Shown: positions 9,289 to 19,959, counted from the first letter of the stretch. The stretch: 64,000 nucleotides of DNA from Candidatus Latescibacterota bacterium (GCA_965116885.1 OZ220741.1:5280001-5344000); one strand, 5' to 3'. Notes: generated from the sequence alone by a model not told the origin. Numbers and translations: made by a program.

Positions 9289-10881
9289 TCAACCCAAAAA
9301 GCGATCCAGCACATTCTTTGTAATCATCGAAATCGACTCATCCACCGGAAGAGAACTGGGATAATTGATCGACCCCACCGAAAACACCTCTCCCCCGCTC
9401 TCGGTGCGGTGATACGCGATCTCCGCGCCTCCCTCATCGGGATTTAAGCCTTTGGCCAGCAGTTGTGTGTTTTTTGGCGAACTCTCTGTCATCTTATCTG
9501 TTTCGTGTCCAGATGCACCGCCCGGACACCGCATATGCAGACACTTCTCTCCAAAAATATCTCCCGTCTTCAGACCCGTTCCTTCAAAAAAATCGTGTGC
9601 CCCATCCACCACCCGATAAGGCGCGCCAGTCATAATACCCGTCTCCGAACAGGTTACACCTAAGAGATTCGCCTCTGACTCGTGAAACAGATGGAATCGA
9701 CTCTCCAATCCCAACTTCTGTAGATGGCTAAACCCCCCGCCTTTATCTCCATTTCGCACCACCATCGTATATTCGTCCGTAAACACCACCTCGCAATTCA
9801 GGCCATTTCCACCCAGATACATCAGCTTGCCGCCTCGCTCAAACACCCAGGACTTCAGCTTGTAGTACATATCCGCAGACCAGTACTCCGGATGCGTGCT
9901 GATGATCAATACCCGGTAATCGTCCAAATTCAATACCCCGGAATGGAACTGCGTCTCCGCATAAAAATCGTATCCATATCCTTCCCGCTCCAACCACCCC
10001 AGCAACCGCCATTCCGCCGGGGCCACATGGCAGTTGGACCGCCCCTCAATCGGATCGGTAATCCGATCCTCCTCTGCAATAAAATTGATCGGCTCAGGCC
10101 GGTCGAACGACAGCGGTGCATATTCCTTTGAAGTAAAAAGCAAATGCCTGGGATCCGTATATCGCTTGAGATCAAATCGCGCATTCACGGTGGGCCTGGG
10201 AGGAAATTTCTCCGCGTGGATATAATTGCTGCGCCCCCCAAAATTATTATACGCATTCCAGTTTATATTCGACGCCAGCACTGCAATATCGGCACTCGGC
10301 TTTGCCGGTGCGACAATCCACGGAAACGAAAAAAACACACCCGACTCCGTCTTGGCGTGTAGATAATACAATCCCGACCGTTCGGGTGCTGTTATATATT
10401 GCTTGTGTGTCGGGCTGGTATAACCCTGCGCATTCCATTGAATGCCCCTCTGCGTATAATCCCCATCCGGCGTAATTTGCATCGTCGCCCGAGGGCCGTG
10501 TTCATCGTACCATCCAATTGGCCGCACCAACTCTTTCTGCCATCCATACCGCCACAGCGACAGCTTGTACGCCTCCACCGCGTGTACCCTGAACTCTGAC
10601 GGCTGTCCGGACTGTACCCACTTTGGCCACATATATCCCAGCAACCCATCGGTCAACAGTCGGAACTGATAGGGAGCTTTAGTCGGTATCTCAATCGGTA
10701 CTGTCTTAAAGCCATAACCCGGCTTGTAAAGTGTCACGCTATACTTGCCGGAAGGCAAATCCGCATAAACCGCTCCGGTCGCCCGTGAACGCGCCTCAAA
10801 TGACCCCGCTTCGCCTTCAAACTCCAGCAGCACCTCCGGTACTGCTACATATCGTTCATCGCTCACATATCCAACCAGCAT
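9289..10881 (-). CDS. N,N-dimethylformamidase large (beta) subunit-like protein
   Basis: WNAYNNFGGRSNY, LSFDRP, WLEREGY, THPEYWS, YLGGN and GEVFSVGS motifs of that family. Confidence 0.75.
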   Translation of the reverse strand: MLVGYVSDERYVAVPEVLLEFEGEAGSFEARSRATGAVYADLPSGKYSVTLYKPGYGFKTVPIEIPTKAPYQFRLLTDGLLGYMWPKWVQSGQPSEFRVHAVEAYKLSLWRYGWQKELVRPIGWYDEHGPRATMQITPDGDYTQRGIQWNAQGYTSPTHKQYITAPERSGLYYLHAKTESGVFFSFPWIVAPAKPSADIAVLASNINWNAYNNFGGRSNYIHAEKFPPRPTVNARFDLKRYTDPRHLLFTSKEYAPLSFDRPEPINFIAEEDRITDPIEGRSNCHVAPAEWRLLGWLEREGYGYDFYAETQFHSGVLNLDDYRVLIISTHPEYWSADMYYKLKSWVFERGGKLMYLGGNGLNCEVVFTDEYTMVVRNGDKGGGFSHLQKLGLESRFHLFHESEANLLGVTCSETGIMTGAPYRVVDGAHDFFEGTGLKTGDIFGEKCLHMRCPGGASGHETDKMTESSPKNTQLLAKGLNPDEGGAEIAYHRTESGGEVFSVGSINYPSSLPVDESISMITKNVLDRFLG

Positions 10882-10945
10882 ATTGTTCCCTTCTGTTCAG
10901 CAATCTATCCAGCGTGTGACCCGATGAACAAAGTGTATTTTCCCA

Positions 10946-13027
10946 TCAGGTCAGATCCTTCAACCTTTCAAAATAGAAAATCCGCCCATCGAACGTCCCG
11001 ACAAACAAACCCTCTTCTACCACACAAGGAGGTGCTGTAATTGGCGCCTCGAACGCCGAACGCCCGCGGCATTCGCCGGAAGCGGCATCTAAAGCGTACA
11101 AACACCCATCACATCCACAAATTAGAAGACAGTCCTCAAAAATGATCGGCGCAGCTAAAATACTCCGCACGCCTCTGCGATAGGGAACCATATCCAGCAG
11201 ATCACCCCCCGTCTGGAACCGCCACAGTAGCGCCCCGGAATTGAAATCAAAACAAAGGGCTTCTCCCTCTGGTGTAGTGGCGTAGATCAAGCCATCCCGC
11301 ACGAGCAGTCCGGTCGGGTAACTGGACGGGAGAATCGGCTTGTCCCACACCACCTCCCCCGAAATCGCCCGTAACGCGGTTAAATGCGACGAGTCTCCCC
11401 CACTTACCAGCAGGTCTCCGGACACAATCGGCATTGGATATGGATACTCAACCCCCATCTGCTGTTCCCATGCCATATCCCCGCTTTGCCGGTCCAGGGC
11501 CATCAGCCCCCGCCGCTGCACGAACAGGAGAAGCAGATTCTCATAAACCTGGGGACTTGCGTAGCACGCCCAGTTATCGCTGTCTTCAACAGGCACATAC
11601 CACTGCTGCTCTCCCGTTTTGAGATCAAAAGCCGCGTAACCGGCCTTCGCCCCTGCGTACAACGCCCCATCTGCAATAACCGGAGACATGTAAATCCAGC
11701 GGTCAGGATACCCGGGCAGATTCGCATACCACAGCGGACGGCCCGACGTCTGCTCCAGCGCATGCACCCGCCCGGTAACCGACACAGCCGCGCAGATGCC
11801 ATCATCTACAGCCACACTGTTTTTCACCGTTGCATCCGTGCGTGCATGCCACACCAGATCTCCACTGCCCACCTCAATACAACAGATCCCGTCGTGTCCG
11901 GGATAACCCTCATCCCGCAGGCTCAACAGCAGCCGATCTCCCGCCTGCACGGGTGCTGCCCGGTGCAATCCCCCCGGAAGTTGCTGCTCCCATCGAAGGC
12001 ACAACCCTATTTCGTCCAACGATACCTCCACCGGCGTATCCTCGGAAGGCAACGAGACGCCAGTGGATTTGTGCGCGCAGAGTTCCAATTCCACCCCTTC
12101 TTCTCCGAACCGCGCGACGCGGTAGCCCCTCGGCGACGTATCAATCCCACCAAAACAGAACGACGGAGTTGCGGCCACAACCATCTCTTTGTAAGAAAAC
12201 ACCTTGCTGGAATGCCAGTGCCCGTGCAGCACCAGGCGGACATTATACCGACTCAACGCCTCCAGAAATGAAATCGGCGGAGGCGTATGAACCACCACCA
12301 CGATCTCTCGATCCGCAGGCTGTAGTGCCAAATCCGCCCAGAACCACACCTCCTTTCGCTCCTGGTCTTCAGGTGAAAAAAACGACTGTTCATTGGGATA
12401 AAACGCAAAATGGCGCCCCCCCCAATCAAAGCTATAATACGAGGGACCGAGCACCGCTTCGAAATGCCGGGTAAACGTATTACCCCCCTGTGAGACCCCC
12501 TCGTGGCGTTCCTCATTCCCATCGTGCCCCCCGAACAGCGGGAATATCGGCGTTGAAACCGTCTCAATTGCCTCTCGAAAACGGTACAACTCTGTAAACT
12601 CCCCCCTGTTCGTGAGATCTCCGCTCACCACAATCATATCCGGAGCGGCTTCCCGGACAAGTTGCTGTAGTGCCTCGGCGAGAACCTCTCCGGACGTCAG
12701 CATCTCCCCCTCTGTCACAACATGTGTATCGGTAATCTGCACAAGTGTAAACTGCCTTACAGCCCGCTCAGGTGCAGGCTCAAGCCCAAAATCCACCCCA
12801 TCTTGCGCGTCGATCCAGTTCCGCGTAGAAGAGTAAAACTCCGATGTCGCTCGAAAACCATCCGGAACGGTCACAAATACGAACCTATGCACCCCTGGTT
12901 CCACCGCAAGCGCGTACCGACCCTCCTCGTCCGTCTGCGCGATCTGCTCTCCATTAGAGACCAAAACGCCGACCAGACCGCGTCCAGACAGATCTTCCAT
13001 CACCCTACCTCGAACTTCAATTGCCAT
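10946..13027 (-). CDS. Calcineurin-like metallophosphoesterase fused to a PQQ/BamB-like beta-propeller
   Basis: TDTH, GDLT, GGHD, GHWH metallophos motifs; repeated (S/T)GExxW propeller blades in the C-terminal half. Confidence 0.82.
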   Translation of the reverse strand: MAIEVRGRVMEDLSGRGLVGVLVSNGEQIAQTDEEGRYALAVEPGVHRFVFVTVPDGFRATSEFYSSTRNWIDAQDGVDFGLEPAPERAVRQFTLVQITDTHVVTEGEMLTSGEVLAEALQQLVREAAPDMIVVSGDLTNRGEFTELYRFREAIETVSTPIFPLFGGHDGNEERHEGVSQGGNTFTRHFEAVLGPSYYSFDWGGRHFAFYPNEQSFFSPEDQERKEVWFWADLALQPADREIVVVVHTPPPISFLEALSRYNVRLVLHGHWHSSKVFSYKEMVVAATPSFCFGGIDTSPRGYRVARFGEEGVELELCAHKSTGVSLPSEDTPVEVSLDEIGLCLRWEQQLPGGLHRAAPVQAGDRLLLSLRDEGYPGHDGICCIEVGSGDLVWHARTDATVKNSVAVDDGICAAVSVTGRVHALEQTSGRPLWYANLPGYPDRWIYMSPVIADGALYAGAKAGYAAFDLKTGEQQWYVPVEDSDNWACYASPQVYENLLLLFVQRRGLMALDRQSGDMAWEQQMGVEYPYPMPIVSGDLLVSGGDSSHLTALRAISGEVVWDKPILPSSYPTGLLVRDGLIYATTPEGEALCFDFNSGALLWRFQTGGDLLDMVPYRRGVRSILAAPIIFEDCLLICGCDGCLYALDAASGECRGRSAFEAPITAPPCVVEEGLFVGTFDGRIFYFERLKDLT

Positions 13028-13166
13028 AGCGTACTCCTTTGTTCGCAGTTATAGGCAAAATACAATATTCACACCATCAGGCAAAACAAACAATGATTGC
13101 CTGCTATATAAAGATTGTGCATAATAGAATCAGAATCCAATATGTAACCCCTACAAAGGAAGGAAA

Positions 13167-14756
13167 ATGAGTGAAAGACCGAATATCCTGTGGTTATCCT
13201 TAGAAGACACAAGCCCGCGATTTGGATGTTATGGCGATGACGTAGCGCGCACGCCAAATCTCGACAAACTGGCATCCGAGGGATGTCGGTATCCCAATGC
13301 ATTTTCAACGGCGGGCGTATGCGCGCCGAGCCGTGCGGCAATTATCACGGGCATGTATCAAACGGCCATTGGCGCGCAACACATGCGCACGCGCCACACC
13401 AATGCACACGCGCCGAATATGCCCACGCCCTACGACGCAGTACCCCCACATTATGTCAAATGTTTTCCAGAATACTTGCGGATGGCCGGGTATTACTGCA
13501 CGAACAACACAAAAACCGACTACCAATTTACCCCGCCAATTACGGCCTGGGATGAATTGAGCGCACAAGCCCACTGGCGCAACCGTCCCGATGGCGCGCC
13601 CTTTTTTGCAGTATTTAATCGCACCGTAACGCACGAAAGCGGCATGTGGCCTGAGAAACGCCCAGAAGTAGAAACCGATCCAGATTCAGTCACACTACCG
13701 CCCTATATCCCCAACACACCCAAAGCGAGGCTGGCATTGGCGCGGCATTACGACAACATCGCCGACAACGATACATGGGTTGGCGAGATGTTGCAACAAC
13801 TGGAAGACGATGGATTGGCAGACAACACAATAGTATTTATCTGGAGCGATCACGGCGAAGGACTGCCCCGAGCCAAACGCTGGCCCTATGATGCGGGCAT
13901 TCGCATACCTTGCATCGTGCGCTGGCCGGGCGAATTGGAACCCGGCAGCGTCAATGATCGATTGGTCAGCATGATCGACCTGGGTCCAACCGTACTATCA
14001 CTCGCCGGCGTGCAAATCCCGGCTCATCTCCAGGGCCAACCCTTTGTGGGACCACAGGAAAAAGACCGGGATTACATATTTGCAACGCGGGACCGTTACG
14101 ACGAATCTTATGACATGATGCGCGCCGTGCGGGATAAGCGATATAAATACATACGAAACTACATGACGGAAAACCCGTACTTATTGTGGATCCCCTATCG
14201 CAATCGCCACCCCGCATTGCAGGAAATGTGGCGGCTCCATCTCGCGGGCGAATTGGAAGGCGTGCAAAATGTGATGTTTCAAAAACGCCCCGTAGAAGAA
14301 TTGTACGACACGGAAAACGATCCATTTGAAACAAACAATCTCGCGGACGATCCCGCACACACCGAAACTTTGAACCGCTTGCGCGGGGCACTGGACAACT
14401 GGCGCGAAAAATACGACGTATGGGGTGATGTACCCGAAGATCAGATGGTATTTCGCATGTGGCAGGGCACAGAGCAACCGCAAACCGAATTACCAGTATT
14501 TGTGCCGATATGTGAAGAAAGCCCCGGCCGAGAGGCCGCGCCCGAAGGTGGAACCTTTAAGGGACCGATAATCGTACAATTTTACTGCGGTACACAGGGC
14601 GCGTCAATGGCGTATCAACTCGTAGGCGATGAACACTGGCGATTGTACACCGATCCCATTCCTCTGCCAAAAGGCGAGACCACAATTCGCGCAAAAGCCA
14701 TTCGAATAGGATACAAAGAGAGTGAGGAAGTGGAAGCGACTTTTGTCGTAACCTGA
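13167..14756 (+). CDS. Sulfatase with C-terminal Fn3/chitobiase-like extension
   Basis: PNILWLSLED, CAPSRAAIITG, SDHGE, ELYD-NDPFE; C-terminal WRLYTDPI..IRAKAIRIGYKES. Confidence 0.92.
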   Translation: MSERPNILWLSLEDTSPRFGCYGDDVARTPNLDKLASEGCRYPNAFSTAGVCAPSRAAIITGMYQTAIGAQHMRTRHTNAHAPNMPTPYDAVPPHYVKCFPEYLRMAGYYCTNNTKTDYQFTPPITAWDELSAQAHWRNRPDGAPFFAVFNRTVTHESGMWPEKRPEVETDPDSVTLPPYIPNTPKARLALARHYDNIADNDTWVGEMLQQLEDDGLADNTIVFIWSDHGEGLPRAKRWPYDAGIRIPCIVRWPGELEPGSVNDRLVSMIDLGPTVLSLAGVQIPAHLQGQPFVGPQEKDRDYIFATRDRYDESYDMMRAVRDKRYKYIRNYMTENPYLLWIPYRNRHPALQEMWRLHLAGELEGVQNVMFQKRPVEELYDTENDPFETNNLADDPAHTETLNRLRGALDNWREKYDVWGDVPEDQMVFRMWQGTEQPQTELPVFVPICEESPGREAAPEGGTFKGPIIVQFYCGTQGASMAYQLVGDEHWRLYTDPIPLPKGETTIRAKAIRIGYKESEEVEATFVVT

Positions 14757-14810
14757 CCGCGAAAGGAAGGGCTTAGTGGCAGAAGAAAAACATGATACAG
14801 GAGGTACATA

Positions 14811-15548
14811 GTGCGCAGGATGCAAATATTGACTAACAGCATTTCAGCACATGCTTTACTGCTCTTATTGGTGGGTGTGGCGGTGCTCTCTACATCGCAT
14901 GCACAGGACCTTATGGAGCGATTGCGAGAACGTATGGTAAGGACACAGATTGAAAACCGAGGAATTAAAGACCCCGCTGTCCTAAAAGCGATGCGAAAAG
15001 TGGAACGCCACCGGTTTGTGCCCGGGTCTTATGCTTCACGATCGTACGGCGATCATCCATTGCCCATCGGCGAGGGACAGACCATTTCCCAGCCTTATAT
15101 AGTCGCGCTGATGACCGAAGTGTTGAATTTGGAGAAATCAGATAAAGTGCTGGAAATCGGAACGGGATCGGGATATCAGGCGGCGATTCTGGGCGAATTG
15201 TGTGACAGCATCTATACCATAGAAATAGTAGAAGTGTTGGGCAAGCGCGCCGCAAACTTGCTCGACACATTGGGATATGAGAACATCAAAGTAAAAGTTG
15301 GCGATGGGTACAAAGGATGGCCAGAACATGCGCCTTTTGATGCGATTATTGTAACATGTTCACCCACACAAGTTCCCCAACCCCTTCAAGATCAACTCGC
15401 CGAAGGGGGACGCATGGTAATTCCGGTTGGAAAACGCGACGCACAAGAACTCGTGCTATTGACCAAACAGGAAGGCAAATTGCAACAAAATCACATTATA
15501 CCTGTCAGATTCGTGCCAATGGTGGATTCCACTGGAGCGACGTATTAA
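14811..15548 (+). CDS. pcm: Protein-L-isoaspartate(D-aspartate) O-methyltransferase
   Basis: GQTISQPY, VLEIGTGSGYQAA, APFDAIIVT, VRFVPM. Confidence 0.95.
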   Translation: MRRMQILTNSISAHALLLLLVGVAVLSTSHAQDLMERLRERMVRTQIENRGIKDPAVLKAMRKVERHRFVPGSYASRSYGDHPLPIGEGQTISQPYIVALMTEVLNLEKSDKVLEIGTGSGYQAAILGELCDSIYTIEIVEVLGKRAANLLDTLGYENIKVKVGDGYKGWPEHAPFDAIIVTCSPTQVPQPLQDQLAEGGRMVIPVGKRDAQELVLLTKQEGKLQQNHIIPVRFVPMVDSTGATY

Positions 15549-15560
15549 GACCCCCGCCTC

Positions 15561-15602
15561 ACCACCTAACGGGCGGGCACAGGGGCACCGCCCCTACATT
15601 GA
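15561..15602 (-). repeat. REP-like palindromic element, copy 1 (GTAG-GGGCGG..CCGCCC)
   Basis: 42-nt sequence identical at 41/42 positions to 32758-32799; GTAG tetranucleotide followed by an imperfect palindrome on the minus strand. Confidence 0.8.
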
Positions 15603-15628
15603 CTCGCAGATTCGTTGATTCGCGTTTT

Positions 15629-16474
15629 TCATCTCTCAATCCACTTATACGCAGCTTTTGAATTCTTCCAGAAAAATTTCTCCATCGCTTCCGGTCCCTT
15701 GTTCTCAATATAATGGGTGACAATATTGAGCACGGTCTCATAGGGAGCTGCGCGTTCGCACACGAGCCAATTGCTGCCATAGACCAGGCGGTCTTCACCA
15801 AAAGCATGCCATAACACATCGAGCGTAGGCACATAATAAGCCGGATCGTCGGGGGCGGGTTGTTGTGCTGCGCGTTCAACCATGCCAGACACCTTGCAAT
15901 ACACATTGGAGTATTTAGCAATGGTCTGAATACCCTGCACCCATTCGGGATCGGGTGCTTCACCCGTCACTTCCACATGTGCAACATGGTCAATAACAAT
16001 GCGCAGACTGGGAATTTGCTCGGCAATAACAGCATTGATGGGCAACTGTTTGCTATTCGTCATCAAATCGAGTTGCAAATCGCGGTCAGCCAATTTTTGG
16101 AGTTGTGGCATAAGAGCATCTTGATCTTCCAAACTACCCCTCTGAAGTCCCAGACGAATCCCGCGATAGAGTGGATTGGCTGAAAAGCGGTCGAGATTCT
16201 TCTCAAAATCTTCGGTCTGGGGATCCAGACGACCCACAAATCCGACAATACAGGGATTATCTGCCGCGAGATCCAAAATCCACTGATTGTCTTCAACGAG
16301 CTGGCTGGCTTCAACCACAACCGTCCCAGCTACACCCATCTTTTCAGTGCGTTCAACAAAGTGGTGCGGCAAAACGGGGCGATAGAGCAATGCATTGTCT
16401 TCGGGCGGCCAGGGAACGCCGCCGGGGCGCGTCGTATCGTAAAAATGAACATGCGTATCAATGATCATGGACAT
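15629..16474 (-). CDS. Amidohydrolase family protein (L-fuconolactonase-like)
   Basis: IIDTHVH, IVIDH, VYCKVSG, RLVYGSNW. Confidence 0.88.
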   Translation of the reverse strand: MSMIIDTHVHFYDTTRPGGVPWPPEDNALLYRPVLPHHFVERTEKMGVAGTVVVEASQLVEDNQWILDLAADNPCIVGFVGRLDPQTEDFEKNLDRFSANPLYRGIRLGLQRGSLEDQDALMPQLQKLADRDLQLDLMTNSKQLPINAVIAEQIPSLRIVIDHVAHVEVTGEAPDPEWVQGIQTIAKYSNVYCKVSGMVERAAQQPAPDDPAYYVPTLDVLWHAFGEDRLVYGSNWLVCERAAPYETVLNIVTHYIENKGPEAMEKFFWKNSKAAYKWIER

Positions 16475-16491
16475 ATCCTTTCCGATCAAAA

Positions 16492-17364
16492 TTATTTAAT
16501 TCCCGCCATTTTTCTCAACACTTCGACAATAGCGGAATTGTCCTGCTCTGCAAGACCGAGCGCAACACCCGTGCGCAAAAGTTGGGCGTGAAGCCCGGTT
16601 ACAGGCAATGGCGTTTCCGTGCGCGCGCCGAGGTCGAGGATGAGTTCTACATCTTTTAAGTGCTGATCCAATGCAGCCTGAGTGGAAAAATCTCCGGTAA
16701 TCATTTTTTCACCTTTAATATCCATCACGCGAGAATACGCGCCACCCATCTTAAAAACATCGAGCAAAACATCGATATCCACCCCTGTTTTTTGTGCGAG
16801 GACGAGACCCTCGGCCAATACCAGACGGTTGAGACCGAGCACGAGATTGACAATGAGTTTGGCTTCGGCACCTTTGCCCGAAGGTCCCATATGAAAGGTC
16901 TTGAGAGAAAAAGCTTCAAAAATATCCGTACACAGTTCAAAAACGGGTAACGTGCCCCCAACCATCACGAGAACATCTGATTCGCGCACCTGCTTGCTGG
17001 ATCCGAGAATGGTCGCATCGAGAAAGCGGATACTTCTGCTTTCAAGACGTTTGGCAAGCGCAGTTGACATCTGAGGATCGGCTGTGGTAGTATCTACGAT
17101 AATTGCGCCGGGAGAAGCCGCAGACAAAATGCCCCTTGTGCCTGTAACCACATCGTTGACAACATAAGAGTCGGGAAGCGAAAGAACGATGCGACGCGCT
17201 TTATCGGCGACATCGGCTGGCGACTTGCAGGGCGTAAAACCGTCGCCTTCATGCGCTTTTATTCTTTCGGGGTCAATATCGTACCCCGCAATTTCTAAAC
17301 CTCTGTCGCGAAAGCGTTCAACGAGTGCGGACCCGACGAGTCCAAGTCCGATAAGACCGAGCAT
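16492..17364 (-). CDS. NAD(P)-dependent beta-hydroxyacid dehydrogenase (3-hydroxyisobutyrate DH family)
   Basis: GLIGLGLVG Rossmann motif, FLDATILG, AKLIVN, HLKDV. Confidence 0.88.
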   Translation of the reverse strand: MLGLIGLGLVGSALVERFRDRGLEIAGYDIDPERIKAHEGDGFTPCKSPADVADKARRIVLSLPDSYVVNDVVTGTRGILSAASPGAIIVDTTTADPQMSTALAKRLESRSIRFLDATILGSSKQVRESDVLVMVGGTLPVFELCTDIFEAFSLKTFHMGPSGKGAEAKLIVNLVLGLNRLVLAEGLVLAQKTGVDIDVLLDVFKMGGAYSRVMDIKGEKMITGDFSTQAALDQHLKDVELILDLGARTETPLPVTGLHAQLLRTGVALGLAEQDNSAIVEVLRKMAGIK

Positions 17365-17572
17365 AGGACCTCCTGTAAAAAATAAAATATAATGAGCCGT
17401 ATCGCGTACGGCTTAAGAATAGGTCAAATCTTAAAACAGACAGAACCAGTTCTTCAAAAATACTGTACAATCGGATTCTTGCCAAATAAGAAAATAGTGT
17501 TGAATCCCTGCGGGCATTGTTTATCTTAAGACCATAACAATATGCCGTAAACACTCACAACAGGAGTTATCA

Positions 17573-18325
17573 ATGAGTCTGGAACCCATTCAAACACCGG
17601 ACATAGAACGTCCACCAAAAGCACTGATCGACGCATTATCACATATTGGCAGCGCCACAGCCAGTGGAGAATTATTCAAGCTGGGCATCCGCAATGCCCA
17701 AATTTTGGGACCCCTTCCCCGAACACCGGGCAAATCAATTTGCGGTCCAGCGCTGACGCTACAATTTATGCCCAAACGAGAAGACTTGCATTCATCGGGC
17801 GAATATCAAGGACCGGAAAGACAATTGCATCGTCATGTGCTATATCACACACAACCGGGCGATGTGGTCGTAGTCGATGCTCGGGGCGACATGAGCAGTG
17901 GCGTTTTTGGCGAGATGATGCTGACCTATTTTTGCGGCCAGGGCGGTCAAGGTGCAATTGTCGATGGTTGTATTCGCGATTTTCCCCACGCCAGGGAATT
18001 AAATCTCGGCTTATGGCTCAAAGGAACAACGCCCAATTTCCACGCGCAAACCAACATCTTTCCCCACGCCGTGAATGTCCCGATAGCGTGTGGTGACACG
18101 CTTGTAATGCCCGGTGATATTATTATCGCCGACGACGACGGCGCCGTGGTAGTGCCAATTAAACTCGCGCCTGAATTGGCAGAAAAAGCGACCGAACACG
18201 CCGAATGGGAAGTCTTTAGCCGAATGAAACTCGCCGAAGGCGGCGACCTGCGGAAGTATTATCCACTCACAGATGAAGCGCGGGTTGAATATGAAGCGTG
18301 GCAAAAGGAACAAGGCGAGACATAA
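17573..18325 (+). CDS. RraA family / HMG aldolase-like protein
   Basis: GPALT, PGDVVVVD, GVFGE, VDGCIRD, PGDIIIADDDGAVVVP. Confidence 0.88.
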   Translation: MSLEPIQTPDIERPPKALIDALSHIGSATASGELFKLGIRNAQILGPLPRTPGKSICGPALTLQFMPKREDLHSSGEYQGPERQLHRHVLYHTQPGDVVVVDARGDMSSGVFGEMMLTYFCGQGGQGAIVDGCIRDFPHARELNLGLWLKGTTPNFHAQTNIFPHAVNVPIACGDTLVMPGDIIIADDDGAVVVPIKLAPELAEKATEHAEWEVFSRMKLAEGGDLRKYYPLTDEARVEYEAWQKEQGET

Positions 18326-18360
18326 AACGCAAGCGGTCAGACTTTGCCTGGTGTGGAGCT

Positions 18361-19299
18361 TTACGCCTGCGCGTGTCTGGCCGCGCCTAAAATCCCCGCA
18401 TCATCGCCCAATTCAGCAGAAACAATCTGCACATGTTCTTTTACACCAACAGTACCGCGATCCCAAAAAGTTCGCATTGCCGGATCAAAAATCCAATCAC
18501 CCGCCTGCGCCAATCCGCCCGTTAGCGCAACGCGATCCACATTCAATACATTCACCAGACTCACCAGCCCCACACCGAGAAAAAACCCCGTCTCCTCAAA
18601 CATCTGCATTGCAAAATCATCACCCGCCTCTGCCGCTTCAAAAATAACCTGTGTGGTCAAACCCTCGGCTTTCAAAGACGTCTCCGGCTTTTCCCCTTCA
18701 AGTCTCTCCAGCGTGCGGCGCACCATCGCCGTAGCCGATGCATACATCTCCAAACACCCAAAATTGCCACACGGACAGCGCGGCCCATTGTGATCCACTG
18801 TAATATGCCCCACCTCGGCCGCATTGCCATTAAACCCGTGCATAACCCTCCCCTCGCTAATCCATCCACCGCCAACTCCTGTACCCAGAGTCACGCACAA
18901 AAAGTGATCAACACCTCGACCAGCCCCCAACCATTGCTCGCCATAAGCCGCCAAATTTGCATCATTATCTACCACCACGCCCAGACCGAGCAATACCTCC
19001 AGGCGATCTTTTAATCGCACACCGTGCATACACTGCAAATTCTCGGGCGATATAATCACACCTTCAAACGGATCTAAGGGACCTGGCGCACCAACCCCTA
19101 TACCCTGTACTTCCGCCAGTGAAATCCCACCATCTCGCGCAGCCGCAGCCGCACATTCGGCAATGCCATCTACCACACCTTCGGCACCCAGATGCAATCG
19201 CGTGGGCTGTCGCGCCCTACCCACAATTTCACCAGACGCTGTCACAAGCCCCGCACGCGTATTGGTGCCTCCCAAATCTATGCCAATCGTCAAGCTCAT
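18361..19299 (-). CDS. ROK family sugar kinase (glucokinase-like)
   Basis: IGIDLGGT, NDANLAAYGE, TLGTGVGGG, AEVGH, CPCGNFGCLE. Confidence 0.92.
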   Translation of the reverse strand: MSLTIGIDLGGTNTRAGLVTASGEIVGRARQPTRLHLGAEGVVDGIAECAAAAARDGGISLAEVQGIGVGAPGPLDPFEGVIISPENLQCMHGVRLKDRLEVLLGLGVVVDNDANLAAYGEQWLGAGRGVDHFLCVTLGTGVGGGWISEGRVMHGFNGNAAEVGHITVDHNGPRCPCGNFGCLEMYASATAMVRRTLERLEGEKPETSLKAEGLTTQVIFEAAEAGDDFAMQMFEETGFFLGVGLVSLVNVLNVDRVALTGGLAQAGDWIFDPAMRTFWDRGTVGVKEHVQIVSAELGDDAGILGAARHAQA

Positions 19300-19937
19300 T
19301 TTTCCACTCGCGCCTGCGCCACAGCATCTACAAAAGATTTTGCCGTTGCCGTCAAAGATGCCCAGTCTTTATTATCCACAGCCACCTTATCGACCATCGC
19401 GCTACCAGCCCCCACAGCCACCGCACCATTTTTGATAAACTCGGGTGTTGTTTTAGCATCCACCCCACCCGTGGGCATGAGCTTCACCTGCGGCAAAGGA
19501 CCCAGAATATCCTTAAAATAAGACGGTCCCCCTACACCGGCGGGAAACACCTTGACCACATCGGCTCCTGCTTGCCATGCCGTCAAAATTTCCGTAGGCG
19601 TAAACCCGGCGGGCATCACGGCCTTACCATACCGCTTGCTCATCTCGATCACCGCCGTATTCAAAGTGGGACTCACCACATATTCTGCGCCGGATAGAAT
19701 TGCTGCCCGCGCCGTCTCTGGATCGAGCACAGACCCCACCCCAATAATCGTATCTTCCATCTTTGCCGACGCTTCTTCAATCACCTTCAGCGCACCCGGC
19801 ACCGTCATCGTCACCTCAATCGCCACCACACCGCCCTCGCGCAACGCTTTTGACACATCCATCAACTGCGACGGATTATCTGCCCGCAACACGGCAACCA
19901 CACCGCAATCAATAATGCGATCTACAGTACTTGACAT
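19296..19937 (-). CDS. eda: KDPG/KHG aldolase
   Basis: VAVLR, IEVT, GVGSV, TPTEI, VKVFPA, LMPTGGV. Confidence 0.93.
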   Translation of the reverse strand: MSSTVDRIIDCGVVAVLRADNPSQLMDVSKALREGGVVAIEVTMTVPGALKVIEEASAKMEDTIIGVGSVLDPETARAAILSGAEYVVSPTLNTAVIEMSKRYGKAVMPAGFTPTEILTAWQAGADVVKVFPAGVGGPSYFKDILGPLPQVKLMPTGGVDAKTTPEFIKNGAVAVGAGSAMVDKVAVDNKDWASLTATAKSFVDAVAQARVEK

Positions 19938-19959
19938 TTATCCTCCTCACAAAATTAAA

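Noticed and set aside
11384..12474. Long plus-strand ORFs (295 and 214 aa)
   Set aside because: Antisense shadows of the metallophosphoesterase gene in GC-rich DNA; no motifs.
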